Made by a program: the position numbers and the translations under genes
The notes under the pieces: model-generated
Database searches by the model: none
Seen by the model: the letters and a program-made list of their open reading frames with translations, nothing else
What the model was told of the DNA's origin: nothing
NCBI GenBank assembly: GCA_965204725.1
Contig: OZ242005.1
Span: 352,001 to 416,000 of the forward strand
DNA from: Candidatus Latescibacterota bacterium
Lineage (GTDB): Bacteria > Latescibacterota > UBA2968 > UBA8231
DNA: 64,000 bases
Direction of reading: 5' to 3'
Shown: positions 41,693 to 51,789 of the stretch, one piece after another
Layout of the letters: each line of letters starts with the position of its first letter
How positions within the stretch are numbered: the stretch's first letter is position 1

Positions 41693-41890
41693 TTAGGGGG
41701 ATTCTGTATCCGTCTTAGATGGATCATCCGGCTCCAGCGTCAAACGTTCTTCTTGGGTCGGACTTCCGCTTGCAGAAGCAGACCCAAAGCCATATTCGAG
41801 TTTCTGAAAATAATACTGTAAAAAGTTAGGCTGGTTAGCAGAATCCAAGAGCCTTTGCGCTTCCTCGAGTCCGTCCTCTTCATTAAGCAT
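41693..41890 (-). CDS. Small hypothetical protein
   Basis: 65-aa ORF overlapping upstream stop; no motif. Confidence 0.35.
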   Translation of the reverse strand: MLNEEDGLEEAQRLLDSANQPNFLQYYFQKLEYGFGSASASGSPTQEERLTLEPDDPSKTDTESP

Positions 41891-42746
41891 GATCTAGGTC
41901 CCTCCGGTTAAGATGATCTGGGTAATAGTGTTTACGCTTGATCCACTTAAACCCTTCATGCTTTGTAACCGTTGCAATATCCGTCTCACCGCCCACAACA
42001 TTTGCGCCGGGCAGAAAGGCAAAGTATCGCTTCGTCACATCCACGAGAAAATCTGCAAGATTTATCGCATCCTGTACAGGCATGGTTGAATCCACTAGGG
42101 GCGTCTGACATTGCTGTTTGATACGCGAAATAGCTTGCAAAGAACTTTTTTGAGACAATCCAAGTTCATCGAACACCTCACCGAACACCGACAATGCTTC
42201 GCTGTCAAAGCCATGTATCAATCTACTGATTGCCTTATTCTGTCCGCCCCACACTATCATGGCGTCATCGTCTGCTTTAACGAGTTCCTGTACCATAGCC
42301 TCACCATCTTGGATAGATATCTTCCATATTTTGCCACGAGTACCGAATCCACCAACCGAACCGTATCCACCAATCCAAAACTCAAACGTATGCGGACTGG
42401 ATGGTTTTGCGGCTATTGCGTCGTATTTTTTCTTAAAAAAGTCTAGTGCATAGCCAACAACTTTTTCAACACTATAATTGTCTGTATCCAACGTACCATT
42501 GTCTTTCGATAGTTCAACACGTAAATCCTTCGTTAAATCGCTGATGGATGCAGGACCAAAATGCCCCATTCCTGCCGTCATAGCCACAATCGGTAATTTT
42601 CTATGGAGATTGAAAACCTTTATCCCATGATCCCAAATGTTTGTAACTGTGGACTGATCATTTTCGGAAAATGAGACAAGTGTAGAGGCACTATCCGCTG
42701 CAAAAACAATGCAGTCATGGACCTTAATCGCAACACAAACAGTCAT
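41883..42746 (-). CDS. Ntn-hydrolase / proteasome-beta-like protein
   Basis: M-T-VCVAIK..IVFAADS N-terminus (Thr1 nucleophile pattern); VGGETDIATVT near C-terminus. Confidence 0.7.
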   Translation of the reverse strand: MTVCVAIKVHDCIVFAADSASTLVSFSENDQSTVTNIWDHGIKVFNLHRKLPIVAMTAGMGHFGPASISDLTKDLRVELSKDNGTLDTDNYSVEKVVGYALDFFKKKYDAIAAKPSSPHTFEFWIGGYGSVGGFGTRGKIWKISIQDGEAMVQELVKADDDAMIVWGGQNKAISRLIHGFDSEALSVFGEVFDELGLSQKSSLQAISRIKQQCQTPLVDSTMPVQDAINLADFLVDVTKRYFAFLPGANVVGGETDIATVTKHEGFKWIKRKHYYPDHLNRRDLDHA

Positions 42747-43024
42747 GGCTTGGTCGGCTTTTTCAAAGGATGGTCTCCTTCACTGATAGAGTAAACGCCC
42801 AACACCCAAGGGCGATTTCCGTGCAGGACAGTAAGGACAAAACATCGCCAGCCCCCCCTCGGAAGCCGGTACTCACTAACTCCTCAATAAATACAAAACC
42901 ATGGGACTTTTCAATCTGAAAATAGGAAATTCTACCCGAAAATTGAAAAACTATCCAAAACAACGCTTAGACAACTATAATAATTCCCTTTTTTTTCGCT
43001 GGCAGAAGGAAGCCGCTGTCCAAA

Positions 43025-43066
43025 GTGTATCACCAGCGGACAGTAGGTGTATCACCAGCGGACAGT
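43025..43066. promoter_or_regulatory. 20-bp direct repeat x2 (22-bp period), putative enhancer sites
   Basis: GTGTATCACCAGCGGACAGT at 43025 and 43047, each containing TGT-N11-ACA. Confidence 0.7.
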
Positions 43067-43130
43067 CTCGACGAGCCTTTCCTGGGGGCGATTCGGCTCA
43101 TCTCCTTGTTTTCTATGATGTTAAGTATTC

Positions 43131-43146
43131 TGGCACACATATTGCT
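43131..43146 (+). promoter_or_regulatory. Sigma-54 promoter
   Basis: TGGCACACATATTGCT, GG-N10-GC, about 45 bp before ATG 43190. Confidence 0.85.
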
Positions 43147-43189
43147 TTGTTTTTTGGCAAAACCACGACCAAGTGAGGACGAAAGAGAC

Positions 43190-44524
43190 ATGCCCGCAAA
43201 TGTTCAACCTTTTCCCCAAGCAGAAGCCGAGACCTCCACCCGTCTCGGCGGCGGGGCTGGCATGGACCGCAAGATCGAAAAGCCGCGGTTCTCGCCCAAG
43301 CGCATCGCCCTAGGCGTGGGTGTTTTACTGTTTGTCGGGCTGTGCGGATACGCCCTGCTCGCGGATTTCGGGGTGCGTAAACTACACGTGAAGCGCGACC
43401 GGCTGACTATTTCCACGGTCGAGTTCGGCCCGTTTCAGGAGTACATCCCGGTGCGCGGCACGGTCCTGCCGCTGCGCACGGTGTACCTCGACGCCCTAGA
43501 GCGCGGGCAAGTGGAGCAGGTGTTCGTCGAAGAAGGGGCATCCGTGGCCGCGGGCGATCCACTGCTGCGCTTGGCCAACCCCGATCTGGAACTCAATGTC
43601 CTGCAACAGGAGGCCGAGCTGGAGCGCAGCCGGGAGGAGTTGCGCAATGGCCGGCTGACCATGGAGCAAGACCTGCTGCGCTCGCGCAAGGCATTGCTGG
43701 AGATCGAGTACCAGCTCGCGATCAACAAGCGCAACTTCGAGCGCTACGAGAACCTGTCGGCCGAAGATTTGACGGCCATCCTATCGCGGCAGGAGTACGA
43801 GCGGCTGCGCGACGAGTACCAGTACAGCGTCCGCCGCATGGCCCTGACCCAACAGACCCAGACCCAAGACTCGCTGCTGGCGGCGAGCAAGGTGGTGCAG
43901 CTCGTCTCGGCGGTCGAGCGCATGGAGCGCAACCTGCAAATCGTCCGCGGCCGGCTCGACAACCTGACGGTGCGGGCCCCGGTGTCCGGGCAGCTAACCA
44001 CGCTCGAAGCGGAAGTCGGCGAGAGCAAGGGGACGGGGGTGCGCTTGGGCCAGATCGACCGGATCGACGGCTTTAAGGTGCGCGCCGTCATCGACGAGCA
44101 CTACATCGACCGCGTGGGGCAGGGGCAGCGCGGTCAGTTCGACAGCGGCGACGCGCCCTACAGCCTAGCAATCCGCAAAATTTACCCCGAGGTCAAGGAG
44201 GGCCAGTTTGAGGTGGACCTAGAGTTCGAGCGCGAAGCCCCGGCCGGCATCCGGCGCGGCCAGACGCTGCACATCCGCTTGGAATTGGGCGATCTGGAGG
44301 AAACCGTGCAAGTGGCGCGGGGCGGGTTTTACCAAGCGACCGGCGGTCACTGGGCCTATGTCCTCGACGCGGCGGGCGAGCGGGCCACGCGGCGTTCCAT
44401 CGCGCTGGGCCGCCAGAATCCCCGCTTGTACGAAGTGCTGGAGGGACTGGAGCCGGGGGAGCAGGTCATTACCTCTAGCTACGAGACCTTTGGCAAGAAC
44501 ATGGACGTGCTGGTATTGCGCTAA
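43190..44524 (+). CDS. HlyD/MacA-type periplasmic adaptor subunit
   Basis: TM anchor, VEEGASVAAGDPLLRL, coiled coil, VRAPVSG, LEGLEPGEQVITS. Confidence 0.92.
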   Translation: MPANVQPFPQAEAETSTRLGGGAGMDRKIEKPRFSPKRIALGVGVLLFVGLCGYALLADFGVRKLHVKRDRLTISTVEFGPFQEYIPVRGTVLPLRTVYLDALERGQVEQVFVEEGASVAAGDPLLRLANPDLELNVLQQEAELERSREELRNGRLTMEQDLLRSRKALLEIEYQLAINKRNFERYENLSAEDLTAILSRQEYERLRDEYQYSVRRMALTQQTQTQDSLLAASKVVQLVSAVERMERNLQIVRGRLDNLTVRAPVSGQLTTLEAEVGESKGTGVRLGQIDRIDGFKVRAVIDEHYIDRVGQGQRGQFDSGDAPYSLAIRKIYPEVKEGQFEVDLEFEREAPAGIRRGQTLHIRLELGDLEETVQVARGGFYQATGGHWAYVLDAAGERATRRSIALGRQNPRLYEVLEGLEPGEQVITSSYETFGKNMDVLVLR

Positions 44525-44566
44525 CGCGCCAAGACCGGCCACCCTAACCACAAAAGGAGCGAAACC

Positions 44567-45307
44567 ATGACTGAGCACATCTCGAACCCCGAAAACGGCC
44601 ACGCAACCCTGATCCGCACGGTTGGGCTGCGCAAGCTGTACGCGACCGAGGAGGTGGAGACGACTGCCTTGGACAACATCAACCTCGAAATCACCGAAGG
44701 CGAATTTGCCGCCATCATGGGGCCATCGGGCTGCGGCAAATCCACGCTGCTCAACCTGCTGGGCCTGCTCGACAGCCCGACGGCGGGGGAATACTACTTG
44801 CTCGGCGAGGAGGTCGCCACCTATTCGGAGCGCGCACGGGCGAACCTCCGCAAGGGGACGATTGGCTTTGTCTTTCAGTCGTTCAACCTGATCAACGAAC
44901 TGACGGTGTACGAGAACGTTGAGCTGCCCCTGCTCTACATCGGCGTTCCGACCAAAGAGCGCAAGCAGCGGGTGCAGTCCATCCTCGACTACATGCAGAT
45001 CGCCCACCGCGAGAAGCACTTTCCGCTCCAGCTTTCCGGCGGCCAGCAGCAGCGCGTGGCCGTGGCGCGGGCCTTGGTCTCAAAACCCAAGATGGTGTTG
45101 GCCGACGAGCCGACCGGCAACCTCGACTCGCGCCACGGCGACGAGGTCATGAAGATGCTCACCGATATGAACCGCCACGGCACGACGGTGGTAATGGTGA
45201 CCCACTCGCCAGCCTACGCCGACTTCGCACACCGAATCATTCACCTGTTCGACGGCAAAATAGTGACCGAGAACATCGCCAAAAGACAAGTGAGGCGGAG
45301 CGAGTAG
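44567..45307 (+). CDS. MacB/LolD-type ABC ATP-binding protein
   Basis: GPSGCGKST, LSGGQQQRVA, LADEPTGNLD. Confidence 0.95.
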   Translation: MTEHISNPENGHATLIRTVGLRKLYATEEVETTALDNINLEITEGEFAAIMGPSGCGKSTLLNLLGLLDSPTAGEYYLLGEEVATYSERARANLRKGTIGFVFQSFNLINELTVYENVELPLLYIGVPTKERKQRVQSILDYMQIAHREKHFPLQLSGGQQQRVAVARALVSKPKMVLADEPTGNLDSRHGDEVMKMLTDMNRHGTTVVMVTHSPAYADFAHRIIHLFDGKIVTENIAKRQVRRSE

Positions 45308-45338
45308 GCCGCCTTTTCTGGTGTTGCCGCTGCATCCG

Positions 45339-45385
45339 GGATCGAGGGCGTCCCGCCCTCGACGAGGGCAAGATGCCCTCGATCC
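45339..45385. repeat. REP-like nested palindrome
   Basis: GGATCGAGGGC-GTCCC-GCCCTCG-A-CGAGGGC-AAGAT-GCCCTCGATCC. Confidence 0.7.
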
Positions 45386-45540
45386 TTGGAAGGCTGGGGA
45401 TCGGTGTCGTATCGTAAGTAGCTGCTTAAAAAAAGCGGCTGGTCCTTTTTAATTTTGCCTTCTCTGGCCGTCTTTACTTGTAGAAGGGTTGATTTGCGTC
45501 ATCGGCCTCACTTGAACACCTAATTTGAAATTTGAACATC

Positions 45541-47391
45541 ATGGACGACTTCTATTCCCAAAACTTCGTCGAGCGCTGTCTAGCAGGGAACGCGCAAGCC
45601 TTTGAGCCGCTCGTCCGGCACTACCAGAACGCGGCCTTTGCCACAGCGCTGGGCTATGTGCGCTCTCGGGTCGATGCCCAAGACATCGTGCAGGACGCCT
45701 TTGTCGCGGCGTATTGCCGCTTGGGGCAACTGCGCGACCGGGAGCACTTCGGGCGATGGTTGATGCGCATCGTAGCCAATCGCTGCAAGGACTGGTTGCG
45801 CGACCGCCATCGAACCCAGCCGTTGGATTCAGCCGAGACGGCGCTGGAGAATGCGGCGGTGGTCGAATACGCCGACCAAATGCAACGGCTGGATTTGCAG
45901 GAGGCCGTTGACCAGTTGCCCGAACACTACCGCTCGGCCGTGCTGATGTACTATCTGAGTGGTCTCTCCTATCGAGAAATCGCCGAGTTGATGGAAGTCC
46001 CCCTGAGTACGGTGTGCGGCCGCTTGCAACAAGGGCGCATCCGGCTGCGCCAGCTATTGAACGAACCCGACCACAAGGAGATTGCCATGAAACCAATTGA
46101 CGTGACCAAACCGGTCCAAGAGGTGGTGTGCCAAATCGCCACCCGGCAGGTGCGGGAGACCATTCCGCTGGAGGACACCGATCACCTCGTCTTCTACTGC
46201 GCCCTCGACGTGGATCTCGAAATCCGCCCAGCCGAGGGCGAGGACGCGGTGCTCGAAGGGACGCTCAGCGCAATCGGGTTGACGCTGGAAAAGGCCCGCG
46301 AGAGCGTCGAAGGAATCGAGATCGGGGCGGACCAAGTAGATAACTTCCTCGCGAGCGGGCCGCATGAGGGCGAGGTGTTTGTGGCAACCCGACAGCAGAA
46401 CGACCAACTCGAAGCCGAGTCGAGGGGCAGCGGACAGCGGTGGAAAGACGCTGTGGAGAGCGGCTCTTATCCGTGGGGTGTGGAATGCGGCGTTAAGATG
46501 ACGGATGTATTTCCCCAGATGCAGACCTACGCCGGCAATCTGCCGGCTGCTATGCACCCGAGGTTGGGGCGAGCCACGCGGATAACGGTCTATCGCAAAA
46601 AGCTCGAAGACATAATCCTGCCATCCTCGGCTCTCACAGCGGAAGTCCAAGAAGTCTTTCGCCCCAACAGGTCGTCGAAAAGGGTCCACGGACCGATAGG
46701 CTCCGCCAGCTTGGTGTTGCTGGTGCCCAAGGGCAAGCGCGTGACCATTATCCGCGGACAGGTCCGCGCCTACGGCTTGCAGGGTTCCATCGGTTTTATC
46801 GCCTCGACCTGCGAGGAGGTGGCCGATATCGAGGGCGATGTGGAACTCTTCGACAGCGCACTGGAGACCGCGCGCAACATCCGCGGCAAACTCTACCAGC
46901 GTTACTACCGAGCCTTTGACGCCAACAGAGCGGACAGCGAGGCGCGCGGCCGGCGACCGGCCGACGAAAATTGTCGTCTGGAGGACATTCGCGGCGGCGT
47001 GGATATCGACGTGGGCGGTGTGCAGATCGAGGCCACCCAGCTAGGGGGCCAAGTGCGGATCTACAACCGATTTGGCCAAACGCAGTTGCACCAAGACCAA
47101 CTCGCCGCAGACAGCCGCATCGAACTGGAATCGTGCGGCGGCGATATCCGCCTCTCGCTCAAAGAGACCCTGCTGGACGAGGCGTACCTGACGGCGTTCA
47201 CGCTATGCGGTCGCATCCAGTATCCGGCCTTGGAGGACGGGGATGAAGACATGGGTCTCTCCACGTCCAACAACACCGCCATGGCGGTGCTGTCGAGAAC
47301 ACCGCGGCGCGGCCCGGAGATACTAGCGGCCGATTTTATGCTCAAAAGCGAGGCGGGCGCGATTGTTATCGAGAAGACGAAGGCTGCGTGA
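45541..47391 (+). CDS. ECF sigma-70 factor with large C-terminal extension
   Basis: AFEPLVRHY, AQDIVQDAF, FGRWLMRI, GLSYREIAE in first ~180 aa; beta-rich C-terminal region. Confidence 0.85.
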   Translation: MDDFYSQNFVERCLAGNAQAFEPLVRHYQNAAFATALGYVRSRVDAQDIVQDAFVAAYCRLGQLRDREHFGRWLMRIVANRCKDWLRDRHRTQPLDSAETALENAAVVEYADQMQRLDLQEAVDQLPEHYRSAVLMYYLSGLSYREIAELMEVPLSTVCGRLQQGRIRLRQLLNEPDHKEIAMKPIDVTKPVQEVVCQIATRQVRETIPLEDTDHLVFYCALDVDLEIRPAEGEDAVLEGTLSAIGLTLEKARESVEGIEIGADQVDNFLASGPHEGEVFVATRQQNDQLEAESRGSGQRWKDAVESGSYPWGVECGVKMTDVFPQMQTYAGNLPAAMHPRLGRATRITVYRKKLEDIILPSSALTAEVQEVFRPNRSSKRVHGPIGSASLVLLVPKGKRVTIIRGQVRAYGLQGSIGFIASTCEEVADIEGDVELFDSALETARNIRGKLYQRYYRAFDANRADSEARGRRPADENCRLEDIRGGVDIDVGGVQIEATQLGGQVRIYNRFGQTQLHQDQLAADSRIELESCGGDIRLSLKETLLDEAYLTAFTLCGRIQYPALEDGDEDMGLSTSNNTAMAVLSRTPRRGPEILAADFMLKSEAGAIVIEKTKAA

Positions 47392-47444
47392 CGCAGCCGT
47401 TGGATTCAAATGAGTAGGCACGTTCAAACGCAAGGAGATCCAAG

Positions 47445-49880
47445 ATGCTTCGCAGCTACGTCGTAGTCGCACTTCGCAACCTGCTGCGCGACAAAGTGGG
47501 GACCGGCATCAACATCGTGGGCTTGTCCGTCGCCATTGCCGTCAGCACCATCCTCGGTCTCGGCGTACACGGTGCTCTGACCGCGGATTGGAACCTCCGC
47601 GACGACGACCGCCTCTTCCGCGTGGTGACGCACGAGATTAGCGCTTCGGGGCACGTCCAGCACCCGGCGTACCAGCGCGAGGAGCTCGCCGCGGCCCTCG
47701 CGGCTGCCTTTCCCGAAATCGCCCACACCACGCGCGTCATCAAAACAAACATCCTAATGACGGTCGGCGAGCGTCATCTCGAACACGCAGTGGTCGAGGT
47801 CGATCCCCCGTTTCTGCAAATGTTCCACTACCCACTCGCGGCCGGCAATCCCACCACGGCGCTGGCGGGCCTCGATCAGGTCGTCATTTCCAAGCGACTG
47901 GCTGAGCGGATGTTCGGTGCTGAATTCAAAGCCTACCCGGCGCTCATTGGCCGGCAGATCGTCTTGCACGGCAACGAAGGCCCCGAGACCTACGCGATCT
48001 CCGGCGTCTTCGCCGATATGCCAAAAAAGCGGAGCTTGGACTTTGATGCGGCGATTCGCTTTGAAAACCGCACCAAGTATGGCATGGCCAGTTACTGGGG
48101 GGCTACAGCTTCTACGTACATCGCGCTTCAGCCCCTAGCCGAGCGGGAGGCACTCGAAGCCAAGCTCCCGGCGTTCTCCCGCACGTTCATCGCCCCGGTC
48201 TGGGAACGCTACAAGGGCATTCGCTGGCAGGACGATCCAAACGCCTTCCAACTCAAACTCCAAGACGCGCGGACGATTTACCTCAACCCGCAAAACCAAG
48301 CCTATTACAGCTATGAAAACTCCGTGGACCTCGAATCGATTCTCGCCCTCGTCGCCCTGATTGGCGTCATCCTGACCGTCGCCTGCCTCAACGTTACCAC
48401 CCTCGCCCTAGCGAGTTCCATCGGCCGGAGCGCGGAAGTAGGCATCCGCAAAGCACTCGGCGCGAGCAAGCCACAAATCGCCTTGCAATTTTTGGGAGAG
48501 CGGGTCCTGCTGGCCTTCTTCGCCCTAATCGCCGGACTGTTCCTAGTGCCGTTAGGGCTGCCCGCCTTCAATGCCCACTACGGAATTGACCACTGGTCCG
48601 GGCTGTCGCTCGGCGATTTGGGGCTGCCAATCATCGTCGGCGGAGGCGGCTTGTTGGCGTTGCTGGTCGGCATCGCGGCGGGCAGCTATCCGGCCCTAAT
48701 CGTGGCGCGCATGCAGCCCGCGTCTGTCGTCGGCAAGGTCGGGCCGCGGCGAAAAAATAGGATGACGAGCGTGCTCCTGACCTTGCAGTACGGCATGGCG
48801 GTCTTCCTGATCTTCTGCACCATCGCGATTCGTCAGCAGTTGGCTTACGTCCAGTCGCGCGACCTCGGCTACGCGGTTGATCAAGTAGTAGTCGTCAAGC
48901 TCCGCGGGGCGGACCCGACTCGCCTTGGCAAACGCTTTAAGGAGGCCGCCCTTTCCCAGCCGGGTGTGGCTAGTGTGGCCTTGGTCGATCGCGAGTTTTC
49001 CCTCGGTGTCAGCACCAATTACATCAAACGACCGGACGGGGAGCGCGTGAGCGTGTATGTGTATGCCGTTGATCCCGACTTTTTCACCACTTTGGGCATT
49101 GACCTCGCATCCGGCCGCTCCTTTGCGGCTGGCCGGCTGGCCGACCGGACGGAAAGCGTCGTCGTCAACCAACGCCTCTCAGAGGTCTTTGGCTGGGGGG
49201 AAAACGCCGTTGGAGAATTCCTACCGGAGTACGGGGCCTACGGCGTGAGCAAAACGCCGGCCGTCATCGGCGTCACCCCGGACTTCCACTTCCGCTCGCT
49301 TAGGGAGCCGATCAAGCCCGCCGTGTTCCACTATGGGCCGGAAGCGTCCTTTGAGCGGGCACTGGTGCGGCTGCACGGGGGGAACGACGCCCTCGCCGGC
49401 TTGGAGCAGTTCTGGGCAAAGGTGGCACCCGAACAACCTTTTGAGTACGAGTTCCTCGACCGGGCTTTTGCTCGTCAGTACGAGAACGATAAGGAGATTG
49501 GCCGCACCGTTACGCTGGCGTCCGTCGTCGCCGTTCTCATCGCCTGCATGGGTTTGTTTGGCCACGCGACCATCGTCTTGCAGCGGCGCACCAAAGAGAT
49601 CGGCGTCCGCAAAGTGCTCGGCGCGACGGTAGCCGAGATCCTCGCTTGCTTGTCGCACGACCTAGCGAAAATGGTGGCCTTGGCCTGCCTGCTGGCGTTT
49701 CCGCTGGCTCACTTCGCGGTAGGCCAATGGCTGTCGCAATACGCCTATCAGTTCGGATTGGGCCTGACGACCTACCTCCTCTGCGGGACGCTCGCTTTTG
49801 CGATTGCACTAATCGCGGTGGCGTACACAGGCATCCGCGCCGCCCGCGAAAATCCCGTCAATGCCCTGCGCAGCGAGTAG
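47445..49880 (+). CDS. ABC transporter permease, duplicated MacB/FtsX type
   Basis: VALRNL, RSAEVGIRKALGA, RRTKEIGVRKVLGA, NPVNALRSE. Confidence 0.93.
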   Translation: MLRSYVVVALRNLLRDKVGTGINIVGLSVAIAVSTILGLGVHGALTADWNLRDDDRLFRVVTHEISASGHVQHPAYQREELAAALAAAFPEIAHTTRVIKTNILMTVGERHLEHAVVEVDPPFLQMFHYPLAAGNPTTALAGLDQVVISKRLAERMFGAEFKAYPALIGRQIVLHGNEGPETYAISGVFADMPKKRSLDFDAAIRFENRTKYGMASYWGATASTYIALQPLAEREALEAKLPAFSRTFIAPVWERYKGIRWQDDPNAFQLKLQDARTIYLNPQNQAYYSYENSVDLESILALVALIGVILTVACLNVTTLALASSIGRSAEVGIRKALGASKPQIALQFLGERVLLAFFALIAGLFLVPLGLPAFNAHYGIDHWSGLSLGDLGLPIIVGGGGLLALLVGIAAGSYPALIVARMQPASVVGKVGPRRKNRMTSVLLTLQYGMAVFLIFCTIAIRQQLAYVQSRDLGYAVDQVVVVKLRGADPTRLGKRFKEAALSQPGVASVALVDREFSLGVSTNYIKRPDGERVSVYVYAVDPDFFTTLGIDLASGRSFAAGRLADRTESVVVNQRLSEVFGWGENAVGEFLPEYGAYGVSKTPAVIGVTPDFHFRSLREPIKPAVFHYGPEASFERALVRLHGGNDALAGLEQFWAKVAPEQPFEYEFLDRAFARQYENDKEIGRTVTLASVVAVLIACMGLFGHATIVLQRRTKEIGVRKVLGATVAEILACLSHDLAKMVALACLLAFPLAHFAVGQWLSQYAYQFGLGLTTYLLCGTLAFAIALIAVAYTGIRAARENPVNALRSE

Positions 49881-49987
49881 CTAGGTCGCGACTGGCTCAC
49901 TGCTCTCAACGAGAGCACGACGATCGTATACCGGACATTTATTAATTTGTATATAATTGATTCATTGTCCGATTTCGGATATATTCT

Positions 49988-50290
49988 TTGGCGGAAAGCG
50001 AGGAGCCATCTTTGGGAAAGTTGGAATGCTTTCAATTGGCAGGCTTGGAATTATGGTTCAATTCCTCAGATCACGAACCACCTCATTTTCACGCTCGCAA
50101 ACCGGACAAATGGGAAATACGCGTCTTTTTTGGTGTATGTAAACGCGGAAATCTAGTTTTTAATGTGAAGTTTCCCCCTTCGCGCTCAGGGCCTTCGGGC
50201 AAAGAGCGGCGGGAACTGTTAAGTCTGGTGCTTCAGCATAGAGACGCACTTTATGCTGAGTGGGAAGCCAAGGTGGATATATGGAGCTAA
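49988..50290 (+). CDS. DUF4160-like protein (start uncertain)
   Basis: WFNSSDHEPPHFHA motif. Confidence 0.7.
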   Translation: MAESEEPSLGKLECFQLAGLELWFNSSDHEPPHFHARKPDKWEIRVFFGVCKRGNLVFNVKFPPSRSGPSGKERRELLSLVLQHRDALYAEWEAKVDIWS

Positions 50291-50293
50291 GAA

Positions 50294-51106
50294 ATGTCAA
50301 AGACTGCTGAGATGACCGTCTGGGCTCAAGACCCATTTAGCTATGACATCATTCCGCCTTCTTTCACCGTTTTTCGGAAACCCGATGTGAGCAAGGTAAA
50401 AGCTCGGGATATTTTCGTATTAACTTCTGTTGCCGACCTTCCTGCTGTAAGTGAATTTGTCCGTGCTGCCAATCATCGAAACCATCTTCGAACCCTTTTC
50501 GTCCGCGAAGACGCCAACGCTCAGTTTTTGCCGCAAATGCTTTATGAGGCAAAACTCAGGAGCAGCCGACACATTCTCGTGCATTCGACTAAGGAGGTGC
50601 CCAAGCGCGTCCTAACGGCCTGGAGTCTTGGGTGTCCCGAGCAACTCGTTGCCGCGGCACAGGTCGTAGATGATGAACTCTTTGTCATGGCCTGTGATCA
50701 TACCTTGTTCAGAGTAGGTTTTGCAGAAATGCCCGCACTCAGGCGCATTCCGCCCCAACAGCGTTCTTCATTTACCATCTCCAGCGAAGGCAGTTACATG
50801 CACTGGCCTAAGATTGATGTACATATTGACTTAGAGGCTGTTCGCTGCCTAAAAGATGACACGTGGCGAGAGAAAAAGGATCGGGAAAAACTGATGTACG
50901 ACCTCCGATTCGGAGAGGCCGTTGCCGCATTGCGCAAGCAGTGCGGAATTAAGCAAGCCGAGATACGAGGGCTTTCTGAACGCCATCTGCGAAGAATCGA
51001 AAAGGGGGAACGGACCAAGGTTGATACGCTAGCGGCTTTGGCAAGAAGCCACGGATTGTCCCTTAAAGAGTATCTCGACAAAATTGCCAACATCCTCTCC
51101 CCCTAA
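50294..51106 (+). CDS. DUF2442-like domain plus C-terminal XRE HTH protein
   Basis: GSYMHWPKIDVHID; LRKQCGIKQ..GLSERHLRRIEKG. Confidence 0.7.
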   Translation: MSKTAEMTVWAQDPFSYDIIPPSFTVFRKPDVSKVKARDIFVLTSVADLPAVSEFVRAANHRNHLRTLFVREDANAQFLPQMLYEAKLRSSRHILVHSTKEVPKRVLTAWSLGCPEQLVAAAQVVDDELFVMACDHTLFRVGFAEMPALRRIPPQQRSSFTISSEGSYMHWPKIDVHIDLEAVRCLKDDTWREKKDREKLMYDLRFGEAVAALRKQCGIKQAEIRGLSERHLRRIEKGERTKVDTLAALARSHGLSLKEYLDKIANILSP

Positions 51107-51127
51107 GACCTTTCCAGCCGCGTCCGT

Positions 51128-51637
51128 TCACTTTTTCCGCTCCTTGTAGCGGCGGCCCCGATCTTCAGCGCGGCGCTCGCGCACCCATTCCATCACCGGG
51201 ACGCCGTAGCCGCAACTCGTGCCGGTCAACTCGACCTCGACTTCGATTACTTGGCGTTTGGTCCGCAAGTGTTCGGACTCTGCTTGCAGCAGCAATGCGG
51301 CGTGGGGCGATTCTTCGAGCGGCGTGGCCGTGGCGTGGCCGTAAAGGCGGACGATGCCGGCGTCCGCTCCGGCAAAAGAGCAGACCATGACGGTAATCGG
51401 GCCGCCATCTTGTGCGTGCCGCGCTGTTTCGTTGCCGCTGCCCAAGTAGTCGAGAAAGGCCACTCGGTTGGGATCAATCACGTGCAACGGCACACCGCCC
51501 TTGGGCGATAGATTGACCGGACCAATGCCGGCGGGACCGGCTGCGAGCGCAGGGTCGGCCGAAGCGACGAAAAACAACGGCGCGTTGCGGATCAGTGCCG
51601 CTTGATCGTCAGTGATGATGGGATAGTAGGTCGCCAT
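51128..51637 (-). CDS. Pyridoxamine 5'-phosphate oxidase family protein
   Basis: FFVAS, NLSPKG, GSGNET, SCGYGVP. Confidence 0.88.
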   Translation of the reverse strand: MATYYPIITDDQAALIRNAPLFFVASADPALAAGPAGIGPVNLSPKGGVPLHVIDPNRVAFLDYLGSGNETARHAQDGGPITVMVCSFAGADAGIVRLYGHATATPLEESPHAALLLQAESEHLRTKRQVIEVEVELTGTSCGYGVPVMEWVRERRAEDRGRRYKERKK

Positions 51638-51789
51638 ACGGTTTGTGTCCTTTTATAGGAACTATGTACTTGACTAAACAATCTTAAAATAGGGCCTACC
51701 GGTCGTATCAGCATTCCAATTGGACTTTATTCTTGACGCCTAATACATTTTCCACTAACCAAAGGAGAAACTCTCACAAGGAGAAAAAC

